Source of the DNA: Felis catus
Lineage: Eukaryota
Direction: 5' to 3'
Length of the DNA stretch: 64,000 nucleotides
Assembly (NCBI RefSeq): GCF_018350175.1
Contig: NC_058383.1
Coordinates: 27,964,001-28,028,000, forward strand
A program made the translations under genes and the position numbers. The notes under the pieces are model-generated. The model was not told where the DNA came from. It worked only from the letters and a program-made list of their open reading frames with translations, and did no database searches. Below are positions 63,771 to 64,000 of the stretch, piece by piece (the stretch's first letter is position 1; every line of letters starts with the position of its first letter).

Positions 63771-64000
63771 CGATAACTATTTGTGGATACTGTATAAATG
63801 CTGATGATACCGTAACGAATGTTGCTAACGTTGTTACTGTCGAACCTTGTATTCTTCCACAAACACAACCTCCTCTAGCCAATAGGAAATTCTACTCCAC
63901 TATCCACCAGTCCCCTTAGCAGCTCCAGCTACATAGCTTGTCAAGGAAATGACTTAACATCTTCTTCAATCAGGACAACTTCAAGGAAGAAAAATAAAAC

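Noticed and set aside
63765..63890. CpG-rich AT stretch after a MIR
   Set aside because: Best explained as a decayed low-complexity MIR tail; no structure or family identified

Overview
This is repeat-rich mammalian genomic DNA, almost certainly from a felid (cat family), because it carries 14 tRNA-derived Can-SINEs of the SINEC_Fc type. The rest is mostly ancient eutherian repeats: MIR, L2, L1M fragments, MaLR/ERVL LTRs (MLT1, MLT2, LTR16, LTR33-like, MER21) and hAT DNA-transposon MITEs (MER20, MER58, MER5, MER81/94, MER91). I found no protein-coding exon, RNA gene, CRISPR array or operon that I can support. The long ORFs in the track are repeat or microsatellite artefacts, and one contains a decayed piece of L1 ORF2. 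The window looks like a large intron or intergenic DNA; L1 orientation weakly suggests a host gene on the minus strand. I did not find a convincing new biological system. The best oddities are an unexplained hairpin-bearing ~160-bp insert inside an L1, a solo ERV LTR with an R-region stem-loop, an L1 whose 5'UTR is fused to the ORF2 C-terminus, a 66-bp minisatellite, a tandemly amplified MIR core, and repeat-free blocks with homeodomain-motif clusters (candidate enhancers). Family names come from recalled consensus sequences, not a database search, and boundaries of old repeats are approximate.
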